This document shows, in pieces, positions 48,666 through 60,000 of a stretch of DNA of 64,000 bases. The stretch lies in NCBI GenBank assembly GCA_977030845.1, contig OZ365113.1, positions 13,702,001-13,766,000 on the forward strand, read 5' to 3'. Source of the stretch: Fimbriosthenelais zetlandica. Its lineage: Eukaryota. A program made the position numbers and the translations under genes. Below the pieces are notes generated by a model. It was not told where the DNA came from. It ran no database searches and was given only the letters and a program-made list of their open reading frames with translations. Each line of letters opens with the position of its first letter. The stretch's first letter is position 1.

Positions 48666-50262
48666 CTGAAAAACAACAGAAAAGATTACTGATTTAACAT
48701 TAAGAGATTTTATGTAATGGGGTTTCTAATAAAATAGCCTTCAAATCGATATAAGTAAGTCTATACTACAGGTAGGCCTGTTCTTTTGGGGGAGGGGTGA
48801 GCGGACTTTCATACCTTGGCATGTGTAGAATCACTTCTAACAAAGACGTCTATAGAGCTTCGAAGTTTGGAGATTCTCAGGTCCCATATATCCTTTACTA
48901 GTGTACGGATTTCATCTGCTTTGGGGATATCATCTACAGCACTGTAAGGCAACATAAATTATATTTTATAAATTATATTGATCATTGATCAACAATTCAA
49001 GATGCTTCCTTAGTAAGATCATGTCAATGGTCGACAGAATACCAGATAATTATTTTAAATCGACTGCTTTGCAACTTCATTAAAAGGGTCTTAGGGATAT
49101 AGAATAAATGTACATACCATTTAAGAATCAATTGTGTGACTTCCATGTAGTATGGATTAGGCATTTCTGTGAAGAATTTGGACTCCACTTCCTCATTCTT
49201 CTTAGCTTCAAGGGTGTCTGTATTACCAAAGAAATCCTCAATTATCCAAAGATGATTATGAGCATATTAGCGTAATAGTAAACGTTAATAGATAATGTAT
49301 AGTTTTAATTTATATTTTTAATAAAAATTTCATTGGCTTACCAACATTCATCCAGTCAGGAGGAACAATATGGCATTTTTGTCTTTGTTTCAGGTTCACA
49401 GCTAACCAGAGAGGAACTTCAACAGGTAAGGCAGGGTTGAATGGTTCTATATCTCCCTAAAATACAAGGAAAGGTTGGCAATAAAGTAACTTTTCTAAAT
49501 ATTTCTATCTGCTACATAGGTACCGGTGGTATCAAAACTTGAATAGATGCAAAAGATTTCTACCCGTATACATGGAATCTATGGAAAGAACATGGCTGTA
49601 TTAGTGTATAGCTTACCGGCAACATTGTTACCGGTAGTTCCCGGTTAGCCCAGTGGTGGCGTCACTGCATGGGAGATTCAGATTGCAGAGCTATCTGCCT
49701 TGCACTCATTTCACGCGTGTTTATCGAATATAATTATTATACAGACATATCTGGGCATAGACTTGTATGAAGGTACATATCATGTCATCTATTCACATTT
49801 AACATCTTGACTCGATAGAACTGTATTTTCCCCCAGAAAACCCTTGAATTTAGTGTCACCTGTGGCAGTTTCCTGAACTAGATTTCACTCTCCTGCTAGT
49901 TCAGGGAACTGCCACAGGTGACACCACCTTCTGGTCCCAATAGTAAACCAATGGGACCTTTTATTTCTGGTTTTTCTTCTGGTCCATAGCCTCCGCCCTG
50001 CTATTATTTCACCACAGTCGAAAATACATTGATGCTAAATACATTTTTATCTAGTTTACCTCCCTTGTTACGTTTTATATCTGACATTTTAACTATTCAG
50101 TGTTGGAGCACACCAGACTATTTCCGGTTGTAACTTCAACAAGATTTGAGACTTGTCAGTATGCGTACTTACTCCAATAAGATATATCTTATCCTGTGAA
50201 AAGTTTGGGACGATTGTAATCTTTTCCTTCTCGGCAAGAAACTCTACCTCTGCGGGATCCAT
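48540..50262 (-). CDS. GINS2: DNA replication complex GINS subunit Psf2 (185 aa, 5 exons)
   Basis: Exons 50173-50262, 49342-49456, 49118-49217, 48815-48941, 48540-48665 (90/115/100/127/126 nt), all GT-AG. Protein [92 protein letters not shown] is clearly Psf2. Confidence 0.97.
48815..48941 (-). CDS. GINS2: GINS2 exon 4: [42 protein letters not shown]
   Basis: ttacAG acceptor, AAG|GTATGA donor (minus). Confidence 0.96.
49118..49217 (-). CDS. GINS2: GINS2 exon 3: [32 protein letters not shown]
   Basis: tacAG acceptor, TG|GTATGT donor (minus). Confidence 0.95.
49342..49456 (-). CDS. GINS2: GINS2 exon 2: [38 protein letters not shown]
   Basis: ttttAG acceptor, G|GTAAGC donor (minus). Confidence 0.96.
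49853..49924. repeat. 29-bp inverted repeat (72-nt hairpin) in GINS2 intron 1
   Basis: GTGTCACCTGTGGCAGTTTCCTGAACTAG, 14-nt loop, CTAGTTCAGGGAACTGCCACAGGTGACAC; one mismatch. Confidence 0.9.
50173..50262 (-). CDS. GINS2: GINS2 exon 1: [30 protein letters not shown]
   Basis: ATG at 50262; GGA|GTAAGT donor on the minus strand. Confidence 0.97.
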
Positions 50263-50395
50263 TCTTGCAGGCAGAAAAGACTTTAGAAGGGGTGAACTCC
50301 TTGTAAACAAAGCAGTGTCAAAATCCCGCGCTAGAAGATAGATAGACCGGAAGCTGCGCGTGGTGCTGCGCAGTGTTCTTCTATTTTATTCCAAG
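50263..50395. promoter_or_regulatory. Bidirectional promoter between GINS2 and TMEM143 start codons (133 bp)
   Basis: Divergent ATGs at 50262 (-) and 50396 (+). Contains FOX-like TGTAAACA (50302-09), E2F-like TCCCGCGC (50324-31), ETS CCGGAAG (50347-53) and CpG-rich TGCGCG/TGCGCA (NRF1-like). Confidence 0.75.
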
Positions 50396-50467
50396 ATGTC
50401 GACCTACTTGGTCCGGGGTCGACCTGACAGGATCCTTAGAATTTTCGCAAGGACACCGCGTGATAAG
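50396..50467 (+). CDS. TMEM143: TMEM143 exon 1: MSTYLVRGRPDRILRIFARTPRDK
   Basis: caagATGt start; AAG|GTGAGC donor; phase 0 fits exon 2. Confidence 0.8.
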
Positions 50468-53400
50468 GTGAGCTCTGCTTTCATATTTAACGTACGAACA
50501 GACCTGGTTAGTTAGAGGAGGCTTGTATTTCAGAATGCCATCAATGGATATGCTATATTAGACACAAACCGAACGCCTGAACTCTACAAACAAGACCTTC
50601 ACTCAGCCGGTCTCAGTTCATTTGGTCGGATTATTATTAAAGTTCAAGAAATGCAAGGTGTCTAGCTGTAAAACCTGTCCGCATAATCCCTTTACTAACC
50701 ATAAAACAGTAAAAATCATAGGATTCATGTAGTTCACCGAGGCTGTAGTTCCTCTCTTGTTCTCGTGGGTGCAGCATTTCAAGACCACTCCGATGCTGCC
50801 ACCTGACGGACTATTCATGAAGTAGCCAAGTAGGCAGCTTTGAACCCGTTACAACAGCGAGTTGTGCACCACTTTTGTTACACTTCCGTTTTTTGTAAAT
50901 TATGCTTTTTGGCTACATCATAAAAGTCGCATTATAATGTAAATCTATTCATGTAATTTTCAATTTGAACTAAGACAACTATAGTTTGATTAAATACCTT
51001 CCCAGGAAATTAAAATGGTATCATGACATTTACCTTAACTGAATGTTTTCACTCTTACAGTATGTCATCCACCGGCATCGCATCCAGTCATCCTATCCCG
51101 GTACGAGATGTCTGAGTGTATGTTCAGGTAGGAGCACGACTAGAGGATGGAGTGCCTCCAGCAGCCACTATACTCGGCTCAGCTCCGTCTATTCTCCCAG
51201 AAGCTGCAGTACAGACAGCAAGGCACTCGAGGTGTCACCAGATCCTGACGACCTGTACAAGTAAGGAAATGTTTACTACCGTATAGACTATAGCGAGCCA
51301 AGGGCAAGGCTAAGGCTAAAATCAGGGTTCCTACAGTCCTTGAAAATCCTTGAAGTTGTCTTGGAAATGTCCTTGAATTTTGTCATAATAGCAAAAGTCT
51401 TTGAAAACCCTCGAACCGTCCTTGAAAATGGGATTACGCAGTCGTTACTTACGACGCAAATCATTTGCAAATGTATTAATATTCGCAGTGCGAGTGTCTC
51501 GCCAGGGACTCGCCAATAGCGAGGGTAATATCGCTGTCAACGGTGTGAAAAAATGTCCTTGAAATTGCCATTTTTCGTCCTCACACCTGGAAAGTCATGG
51601 AGAAGTCCTTCAAATTGATTTTCAGATTTCTGTGGGAACTCTAAAAATTAAACCAATAAAAGCTGATTAAATTTTGTTCACTCATCTGCTGCCATCTCTA
51701 CTTTCGCTTTCAGGGAGAGGTTCGTCCCCCTCACTAGGAGATCGTTGATCAGACACCTCATGACTGATGATAATTTCCTGACAGACGAGGAGAAGGAAAA
51801 GTATGAAATATTTGCCTTAGCTTTGGACAGCGCTATAGTCAATCGTTATCATGGACTGCTCAGAGAACTCAAGGTATATTATATATTCTTATGCCAATAG
51901 ATCACCTTTCGATTTCCCTTCTACCAGTTAAGGATAGGCTCATACCGGTATAAGAAAAGAGGTGAACTTTAAATTAATGTGGTACTCTCATTATTGGTAA
52001 GGAGAAAAACAGCTGCGAAAAATTCCATTTTCTAAGTCTCAATTGCTGTTTTTATTCATGAATTTTCTATTTTCCTCTTATAACAGACATTGTTCGATCC
52101 AATCAATCCTGATAAGGACACAATCCGGACACGTAAAGTGAACAAGAAGGAGCAGCTCGATAATGAGTTCTGGTTAATCCAGAAGCTTGCTGGTGTCATG
52201 TCCTGTGCTAACTTTCACGAACTCCCCAAAGCTTTTGTGGAGAGATCGCTGGCAGAACATGATGCCCGTCATGGAGTCAAGGTAAATGAATCTTCTCTGG
52301 AAATTTAAGATGTAGTGCCTCTATGTAATTTAGTGATTAATTTCTTGAGAGATAATTTTCCCTGATGAAAAGTTAGGATGAAATCAATCTGTAAAAGAAT
52401 TTCGATTTTATTGCAGGTCTCGGTTAACACAGACAAATACGACGTGCTCCGTTTCTGGGCCTTGGGTAAAGAGACCCCACCCATTGTTGTGCCTATTTCG
52501 CAAAGGATCCTCAACTCAATTCTCCGCCGTCCCAACCCCAAACCCCTTGACTACTTCAAACGAGTAGTGGTGGCTGTCAGGTTGAAAAAAGATGACAAAC
52601 TCCTCCTAAAAGCTTTCAAAGAGGTGCCTGTGAATGCTTTAGAACAACTATTGCCAGATGGGCGGATACAAATGTCTAGACTAGACAAGGGTATTATCAC
52701 TGTGGCTGGGAGTATAGCTTTATTTGGTGTCTTGGCTAAGGTTGTCACTCTTCTAGCTCATATACATGTAGACTGGACTCTCCTCATTACTGGAGTGACG
52801 GCTATTGTTGGGGTACAGGGCTGGACTGCTTATAAAAACAGACATCTAAGGTATGTCAACGAGCTGGCGAGGATGCTCTACTTCAAGAATGTAGCAAACA
52901 ACCGGGGCTTACTCACCTTGTTGGTGGACCGTGCTGAGGACGAACTCTTCAAGGTAATGTCCACATTTCTATGCAGGATATTGGATATAGAGTCAGTACA
53001 AAAATTTTCAACATTTATTTTACTTTTCTGAGCCGATTCTTGAAGTAATTTGTATGACATTTTTAGGCTGAATTGTCGGTCATTGTGAAACATTTTTTGA
53101 ACAAATATTAATGGTTTTTGATTGATTCTTACAGGAAGCTTTGTTAATGTACACGTTGTTGCTCACCACACGACCACCCTCCGCCATGATAAGAGGCAGT
53201 AGTGAACACCTGCCTGTAGAACTTGGTACGTAATGCTTCTGAAAATATTCAATTTCATGTATTACATAGAAATATGTGCAATAGGTATATTCTCCTCAGT
53301 ATTAGTATATACAATACATCGGTTATGGAATGATACATTCTTTTTAAATGTATTTCCACTTGAATAACTCCACATGGTCATATAATTTATTTGTACTTAA

Positions 53401-53738
53401 TATTCTGAATTTTTCTAGGTGCTATCTCGGGTCCTATTCTGGAGAGGAAGGTTGAATCGTGGGTACAGGCCAAAACCAGAGCAGACATCCATTTTGACAG
53501 TTCTGAGGCTGCCCATCTCCTCACCGAGTTAGGTCTGCTCAGTAAGGATCTAGAGGAGAACTACCATGTGATGGCTTTAGATGCAGCCATCCGTAACCTC
53601 CCACAAACACCACAGTCTATCACTGCCCGGGCTGACGAGTATGACATAGTAGAAGGTTATGATAGAGACCCTACCGATGAAACGGAGAAAGAATACAGAG
53701 ATGAAGAAAAGAAACGGAGATTCTTTGGATGGTTCTAA
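50396..53738 (+). CDS. TMEM143: Transmembrane protein 143 orthologue (524 aa, 7 exons)
   Basis: Exons 50396-50467, 51061-51260, 51714-51873, 52087-52281, 52417-52953, 53135-53225, 53419-53738, all GT-AG and in phase. Motifs ERFVP, LFDPINPDKDT, ANF, VSVNTDKY..RFWALG, YFKRVVVA, LKAFKEVPVNALEQLLP, two hydrophobic helices, ELARMLYFKNVANN..RAEDE..KEALL and VESW match human TMEM143. Confidence 0.92.
51061..51260 (+). CDS. TMEM143: TMEM143 exon 2 (phase 0-2)
   Basis: cttacAG acceptor, AA|GTAAGG donor; open frame. Confidence 0.85.
51323..51643. mobile_element. MITE in TMEM143 intron 2
   Basis: Terminal inverted repeats CAGGGTTCCTACAG (51323) / CTGTGGGAACTCTA (51630-43) and repeated subterminal GTCCTTGAA motifs at both ends; no ORF; TSD not clear. 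Confidence 0.7.
51714..51873 (+). CDS. TMEM143: TMEM143 exon 3: ERFVPLTRRSLIRHL..RYHGLLRELK
   Basis: tttcAG acceptor, AAG|GTATAT donor. Confidence 0.92.
52087..52281 (+). CDS. TMEM143: TMEM143 exon 4: TLFDPINPDKDT..HDARHGVK
   Basis: taacAG acceptor, AAG|GTAAAT donor. Confidence 0.92.
52417..52953 (+). CDS. TMEM143: TMEM143 exon 5 (core domain plus two TM helices)
   Basis: ttgcAG acceptor, AAG|GTAATG donor; ORF 52378-53031. Confidence 0.93.
53135..53225 (+). CDS. TMEM143: TMEM143 exon 6: EALLMYTLLLTT..
   Basis: ttacAG acceptor, G|GTACGT donor. Confidence 0.88.
53419..53738 (+). CDS. TMEM143: TMEM143 exon 7: ..ERKVESWVQAKT..KKRRFFGWF*
   Basis: tttctAG acceptor; TAA at 53736-38. Confidence 0.9.
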
Positions 53739-55259
53739 CCACAACTTCATCTAGACGTGACTCTGCTTCAAATAACTATTATAAAATTGAAAAATTGTAA
53801 AATTTTGCATGATCCTATTGAAATGTTTATAGGCAAGAATGGATGGATTGACTAGAGTAAAGTTATATTTGTAGAAGACGCCTATTTGCAAAATTATTGT
53901 ACATCATGCTTCTCTGTTATATATGGATGCAATGAGGGCTTGGAGCTTTGTTGGTTGGAATATATTTTACATTCATTATAGATATTTTTTGTTTCAAGAT
54001 TGAATTTTTCTGTTATTTAAGTAGAGTAGAACTTATACCTCTGTGATTCGCTTAATATTTTGAGGATGCATTTCATCAGCTGATAAGCGCTGAATTCTCT
54101 TATTGTATGACATATTTTCATGGGTTTTGGTTCTCAATTACGAAGCTTGCACTCGAACTCTCTGAATTTGTTGAACCTATGTTAATAGCTGTTCATGACC
54201 AAAGAATACCATGAAATGAAACATTACAATAATTATTGTACAGTTTGCCTTAATATAATAGAGATCTCCCATTGAATTATTGTAGAACCAAGGATGTAAC
54301 AAAGCATGAAACGACATGCGTTTTATAGGATTACTAGTTACCTGGTAGATAGAGAAGCTTCCATTAAAAATAGAGTAAAGATGTCAGTGAAGGGGATCTT
54401 CCCTTATTAAAAAAACTTGTACATTTCTAAATTGAATAAGGATATCAAGTTTAGGGATAGATATGAGTAAAAAGAAAATTTTTCCTTGTACTTAACCTAG
54501 GATCTTGTATGAAATTATACAATTTATACTCAATTAAGAGGTGCAATATTCAATGGACACTTAGTCATTTTGATAGAAAGAAACTGATATCTCCGCTTAT
54601 ATTTCGCTTTAGCCTTTATTGTAATATGCTTTCTCAGTTATAGATTTAGTCTAAATAATTTCGAGTTCCAATTCAAGCAGGGTATATGCAATAGTGTATT
54701 CTGAGTGTGAAAAAACTCTGATTTTTCCCAATATGAGATCAGGAAATCGTGGACAACTTGAACATTTCTCTATAGTTAACTCATTAAACATGCGTTACAG
54801 AGGCAATCTTGCTATTAAAGAAGTATGACGTTACACTTCTTTGTAATTACCTTTGTATATAAATAAAAGAAAAATGTTTGAGATAATCATCGTAATGATT
54901 TTGAATATGTTCATGAATATTGTTTTTTAATCAAATCTATAAGAACTTACACCTTAAAAGTAACTGATGGGATTAGTTTATTTTAAATGATAAAATAAAA
55001 TATTCAGCGAGTTTGAAGGTATTTAGGCTGTAAACCTACCAAAACGTGTCCGGTGCAGTTGGTTTAAGATGAGGGGAGGGGGCGCGGAGGGAGGGGAGAT
55101 TATTTTCATCGCATCTGCTTGTGTTGAGGTTATTTATTTATTTTATCGGCCGGTAGGTCGCCGATGGACCATCAGTTACCCCAGTGGTTTACCACATCCG
55201 TTCCTTCCTATTAAACCAGATGACTTAGTCCGATAAACTCACCAATGAACATTCACCAG

Positions 55260-55689
55260 GTTTTCGAACGCAACCGCCTCATCAGATTACGTACATTGAC
55301 GTTCCGAACGCAACCGCTTCCACCTTCCTATACACACAAAGCCTGGAAGCTACCACCAGTCAACAAGCCCGATACCAGCAAGTGTTAGAGGGGTACACGA
55401 GTAAAGACAGACAAGACATATGGTTTAACTCCTGACAATGACAACAACATACCTTGATGGACTCATCTTATGATTTGTGAACATTTGCAGACATTTATTT
55501 TGCCTAGTTTGGAAGTGAGAAGGCTGGAATTACACGTGGTATCTTCAATTCGCGTCTACCAGTTCTGGATGTACCGTATACCAGTGTTTGTATGGTGGTA
55601 AGGATTGACCCACACGCCTCACATTTTATAAGCGGCATGTCATCGTCTCCTCATCGCCTACACATCAACTGAATCCAACACAGGTGAGA
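55260..55689 (+). promoter_or_regulatory. Putative promoter and non-coding first exon of a downstream + strand gene
   Basis: CpG-containing segment after the TMEM143 poly(A) signals (AATAAA ~54862, ~54994); duplicated CGAACGCAACCGC; strong donor CAG|GTGAGA at 55683; no coding frame. Confidence 0.3.
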
Positions 55690-56004
55690 TCTCCTTTAAA
55701 TTTAACTTTAAATAATCCAACTTTTGCTAACGTTAGTAGATTAAATATAGGATGATGATGCTATGGGTGGGGCCTAACCTCGCACAATGGAGGCTGCCAG
55801 ATCGAGCATCCCTCCCTCCCTTACTCAACAAGTTATGTATTAAACTTTCCCCTGAGCCATAGAACTCTATTATACCACGAAAGAATGATATCATTGTGTA
55901 TAAGGGAGAGGTGCAACAAGAGGTATAAAATAAAATGCAAGATAGGACAAGCTCTAGCCATATACCTCTCTAGTGAGTCATAGAGGCTAGAGCTAGGTAT
56001 AGAC

Positions 56005-56178
56005 TACAGGAAAACCTCCATTGATGAACACCTCTCTTAATTTAAGTAACACCTCTTAATGGTCAACAGTTTTTCACAGTTCCAAGTTTCAAGGTGTCAT
56101 ATACAGCCCCCTTTTAATATAGGTAGTTAACACTTTTTATCAGTCCCCAAGTTTGCTTTATATTGAGGATTTCCTCTA
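56005..56178. mobile_element. Degenerate Tc1/pogo-type MITE
   Basis: Imperfect TIRs TACAGGAAAACCTC / GAGGATTTCCTCTA (12/14) with TA ends; internal duplicated AACACCTCT. Confidence 0.5.
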
Positions 56179-56981
56179 TTTTTCATCAGCTATAAGACAG
56201 AGGATTTGGCTGCAGTGTCTGTGTACATGTATGTGGAACGTGGTTGTCCATACTCCCCAAGTGACAGCCCCTCCCCTGTCCCCCTCCCCCATCCCTTTAG
56301 CACCAAATGCAGCTGCCTCTATTGTATTTGGGTCTAATTCAATTCTTTTGTATGCTGATGTATCGCTTGTCTCTTCTCCCTGGCATTTAGGGAAAGTATG
56401 GGGTTGAGGTGGATGAGTGTCAAATAGTTAACTCCTTTTACAAATGTGATGGGTGAGACTAATGAAACTTGACAAATGTTATGCATTTTTATTCCAGTCA
56501 CATGCATACACTGTGTTCAAAAATGTATTCTGCCATCGGAAAAAATAATGTATTCTGCCAAAGGCTAAAATATAGAGTAATTGAATGTGCAATATAAGTG
56601 AATGTAGGCCTATATATAATATGCATGTATTTTAAATTACATGCAGTTATATTGTTAATTAGTGTTAATATATTCTTAATTTGACCTGATTGGAAGTAAT
56701 TAACATGTAGATAATCAATAATAATATATTATAAATATGAAGATGTGTAATTTTAAGTCATCTAAATGGATGTATGGAGGAGGACGCTTGGTTCACTTTT
56801 AATGAATGCCACCTATTGATATTCAAGTCCCAAGCTAGGGGACATATTCAAGACTTTTTTTAATCAAAAAGGCAAAAAATGAACATAAAATTGCTGTGTA
56901 ACACGCACTCTGATTAGCACAGCTTTGGCTCATTTCCCATGCGTGATAATGACTGCACAACATAACACACACTATAATACA

Positions 56982-57014
56982 CACTCACTCACACACACAC
57001 ACACACATTCACTC
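56982..57014. repeat. (CA)n / (CACT)n microsatellite
   Basis: cactcactcacacacacacacacacattcactca. Confidence 0.8.
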
Positions 57015-60000
57015 AGGGATGATTATTAGGTTAACTTCCTGGAAACCCCTCAAGTAAAAAAGTTTAGACTTGCCAAACTTGAAAGTCATTATTGTTTCAA
57101 CAAGAACTCTCGAATAAATTGGATATCAATGCAGTGCGACGTTGTATCACAAAATTGAATTTAGGTCTACATATATATGGTTTAGACTTTCCAATTTCAA
57201 TAGGCCTGTTATGTTTGGGATTTATGCTAAGCCTATTATAATATTTCATATACATGTAGGTGTATTGGAGGACCGGGGCTAGTTCAATACAAACCATGAT
57301 GTGAAAAAACGAAAGTGCAACAGAGAACAAGGACAGCTGTAGTTTCAGTAATGACGATGCTGGTAATAATATCACGTCATGGCATTCATTAGGACAGGGC
57401 AAAAATAGTTCACTTTCAATCCTAAACGGAAAAAAAGCTAAATTGAAAAATGTGCCTTTCCAATAATCCTTCGTCAGATAAGTGTGAATCTCAAAAATAA
57501 TAATCATAGTTCTAAAGATTATTTTAACAGTGATATATATATATGGTAAAGGAAGTGTGGAGCATAGAGCTTTTGCAGTGAAGGTTTCCCAATATTTCGA
57601 ATAGTTGAGAGAGCCTACCCCTACCTTGCCACAAGCCCTCCCTAGCACCCTCAACCCTCATCAAAATTGCAGACATGATGAACCGTTGAACCATAACATG
57701 AACCCAGCAACTGCCAATGTCAAAAGCCCTGTAATCTGATACCCGTTGAAATTATCAAGTGGCACTTGAAGCCTATAAAATCCCACATCACGGGGACATT
57801 ATTTGCATGAATTTATCACAGTTTGTCTGCGTTTTAAGTAGAAATCATTGTTTCCAACACTGTTTGTGGCAGCTTTGTTGGAGCCTTAGTGGTGATGCCA
57901 GAGAGCGGGGGGTATAGGCTATTTGGTGATGCTCTTGCCAGTCTTGGTGTTCCATGGATTAGGAGAACCAGGGGGTTGGGGTGGGGTATGGCGAAGAGTG
58001 AGTGCGTGTGTCTCCGAGGGGGGGGGGGGGTGGTACCGTAGGGAGGAGGGGGTTGGTAGGCTATTGATATAGGAGATAAACCCTAACCTAGACAGTGACC
58101 ATTTCTTCTGCTGGTCAGGAGTAAACAATAGGGACGCCCTCCGGCCCATTCTGTCTGTTTATACCAGTGCCAGTTTATACAAACCGAGGATTAGTGTAAA
58201 ATCAGTTAAATACTCCTGGTTCAAGCTTAATCCTTTCACCAACTGCTTGTATTAGGTTTCTTCCTGGTTGAATGCCTACTTCTGTACCAAGTAGTAATAA
58301 TGATTAGACAAATTCCCAAACATGTAACTTATTTTGATATAGGCCTAAAATAAGTTTATAACAGTGATTTTCTGCCCCTCAAAACGTACATTTGTCTGTA
58401 TCTTGAAATCAAGATAAACTTTACCACTAGAACTAACGGTACAAAAATACTTCATATTGAAAGTTCCTTTAAAACTTGACCTGATTTTCCAGGAATTATC
58501 TGCCGCCTTCTATCTAAGATGGTGTACAGGAGATTATGCATATCTGGAGTCCATGTCTTCAACATAAAATTTTAATGTTGCTACGAGTGTAGCTAGATCA
58601 AGATAAAGTGTTACGGTGTGATGGATACAATAGATAGTAACACCACCCATGCATGATGACCATATGGACTGAGGTTTGGTTACATAGTTGCTAGGTGACT
58701 TCATAATGGTTACATAATACAGATACCATAGATAGGAGAGGCTATTCAAATTACGGCCCTGGTGTAAATTTAAAAATACTTGGCCTGTTGCAGCTGTATT
58801 TTTTTTAATTCTTCATAATAGTCCAGATATTTTATGTATAATCTGGAAAATTTGTTTTCACCCTGCTCGGTTGCTTGATGATTCATTGAAGGAACTGTTG
58901 TATAAAAGAACTAAAACAAGTGAAACATCTCCAGAACTGATGTAATATGATAGGGCAACTGTTATTGACAACATTAAATTGCATCATCAGCTCAATGTGG
59001 TTCTCATCAGACCTGACATTATATTAACACCTCGTTGCTAGGGAAGACATCAAAGAGTTAAATGGTTGCTATCTAATCAATCCAGAAACCTCCTAAGTTC
59101 TATTACCCACTCCTGCGGTGAGTGCTTACTATAGTTAACCTCTCTTATCCAAATTTGTCTTCATTTTGCCAGGTTCAAAGTCCGCCTTTTAATCTACCAC
59201 CATCTTTACCTATAGCATACTGATCGATCCTTCCCTTATACTTGACCCGTATCCCTTACATTAAGTTCATTCTCCCAACACCCAACCTAAATGTTGATCC
59301 TTCATTTTGACTTTATTTTCCCCACTCAAACTTTCTCATTCTGGGGATCTAGACCCCCTGAATGTTTTTCAAACGAATGGTGCTGTGTAAGCTGTGGGGT
59401 TTTAGCCCTATGAATTCTCCCCCCATGAGTGTTTGCACATACCCCGGGTGACCCTGTATGTGTCGGGGATACATTTTCGTCCATATTTATTCACGCCATT
59501 TGCCCTTAATCTTTATAGTGTAGTATTAGTGAGGGTCTCAATGGGCTAATGTTTAAAAGAGCGAGTGTGGGTTGGTTCTGACCCAATACATGCGGCGGAC
59601 GACCCTATGTGTATTGAATAGGCAATTACCCATTTGTTGCCAATGGTGACGATATCATGCAGGAAAGGAGGAAGATGAAAAAATCAGAATTTTTTGTTTC
59701 ACATCCTTTTCCAGTGTACAATCATACACATGAATGATGTCAGTTGTCACAAATTCACCATGTACAAGACAGTAATGGTTAATTTTCTAGATTTATTCGT
59801 ATAAAACATCCGCCGGCAGTAGCAATAAAAAATCACCTAAAATAATTATGTAAATGTTCTGTTAAGATAAACAGAAAAAATAATCATTGTTCCTGAATTT
59901 TGGTGAAACACGGCAATATCAATTGGCCTAATGAGCTCAGGCCATATTTGCTATTCCTGTGACACGTGTCTAACGATGATCGGAAACACAACCATAGGGG

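Noticed and set aside
50534-50657. Open 124-nt AG..GT segment in TMEM143 intron 1 (possible poison exon)
   Set aside because: Weak donor (GTGTCT), frameshifting, no homology; exons 1 and 2 already join in phase.
57097-57654. 185-aa minus-strand ORF
   Set aside because: AT-rich, I/F/L/Y-biased translation with no domain and a non-ATG start; likely spurious.
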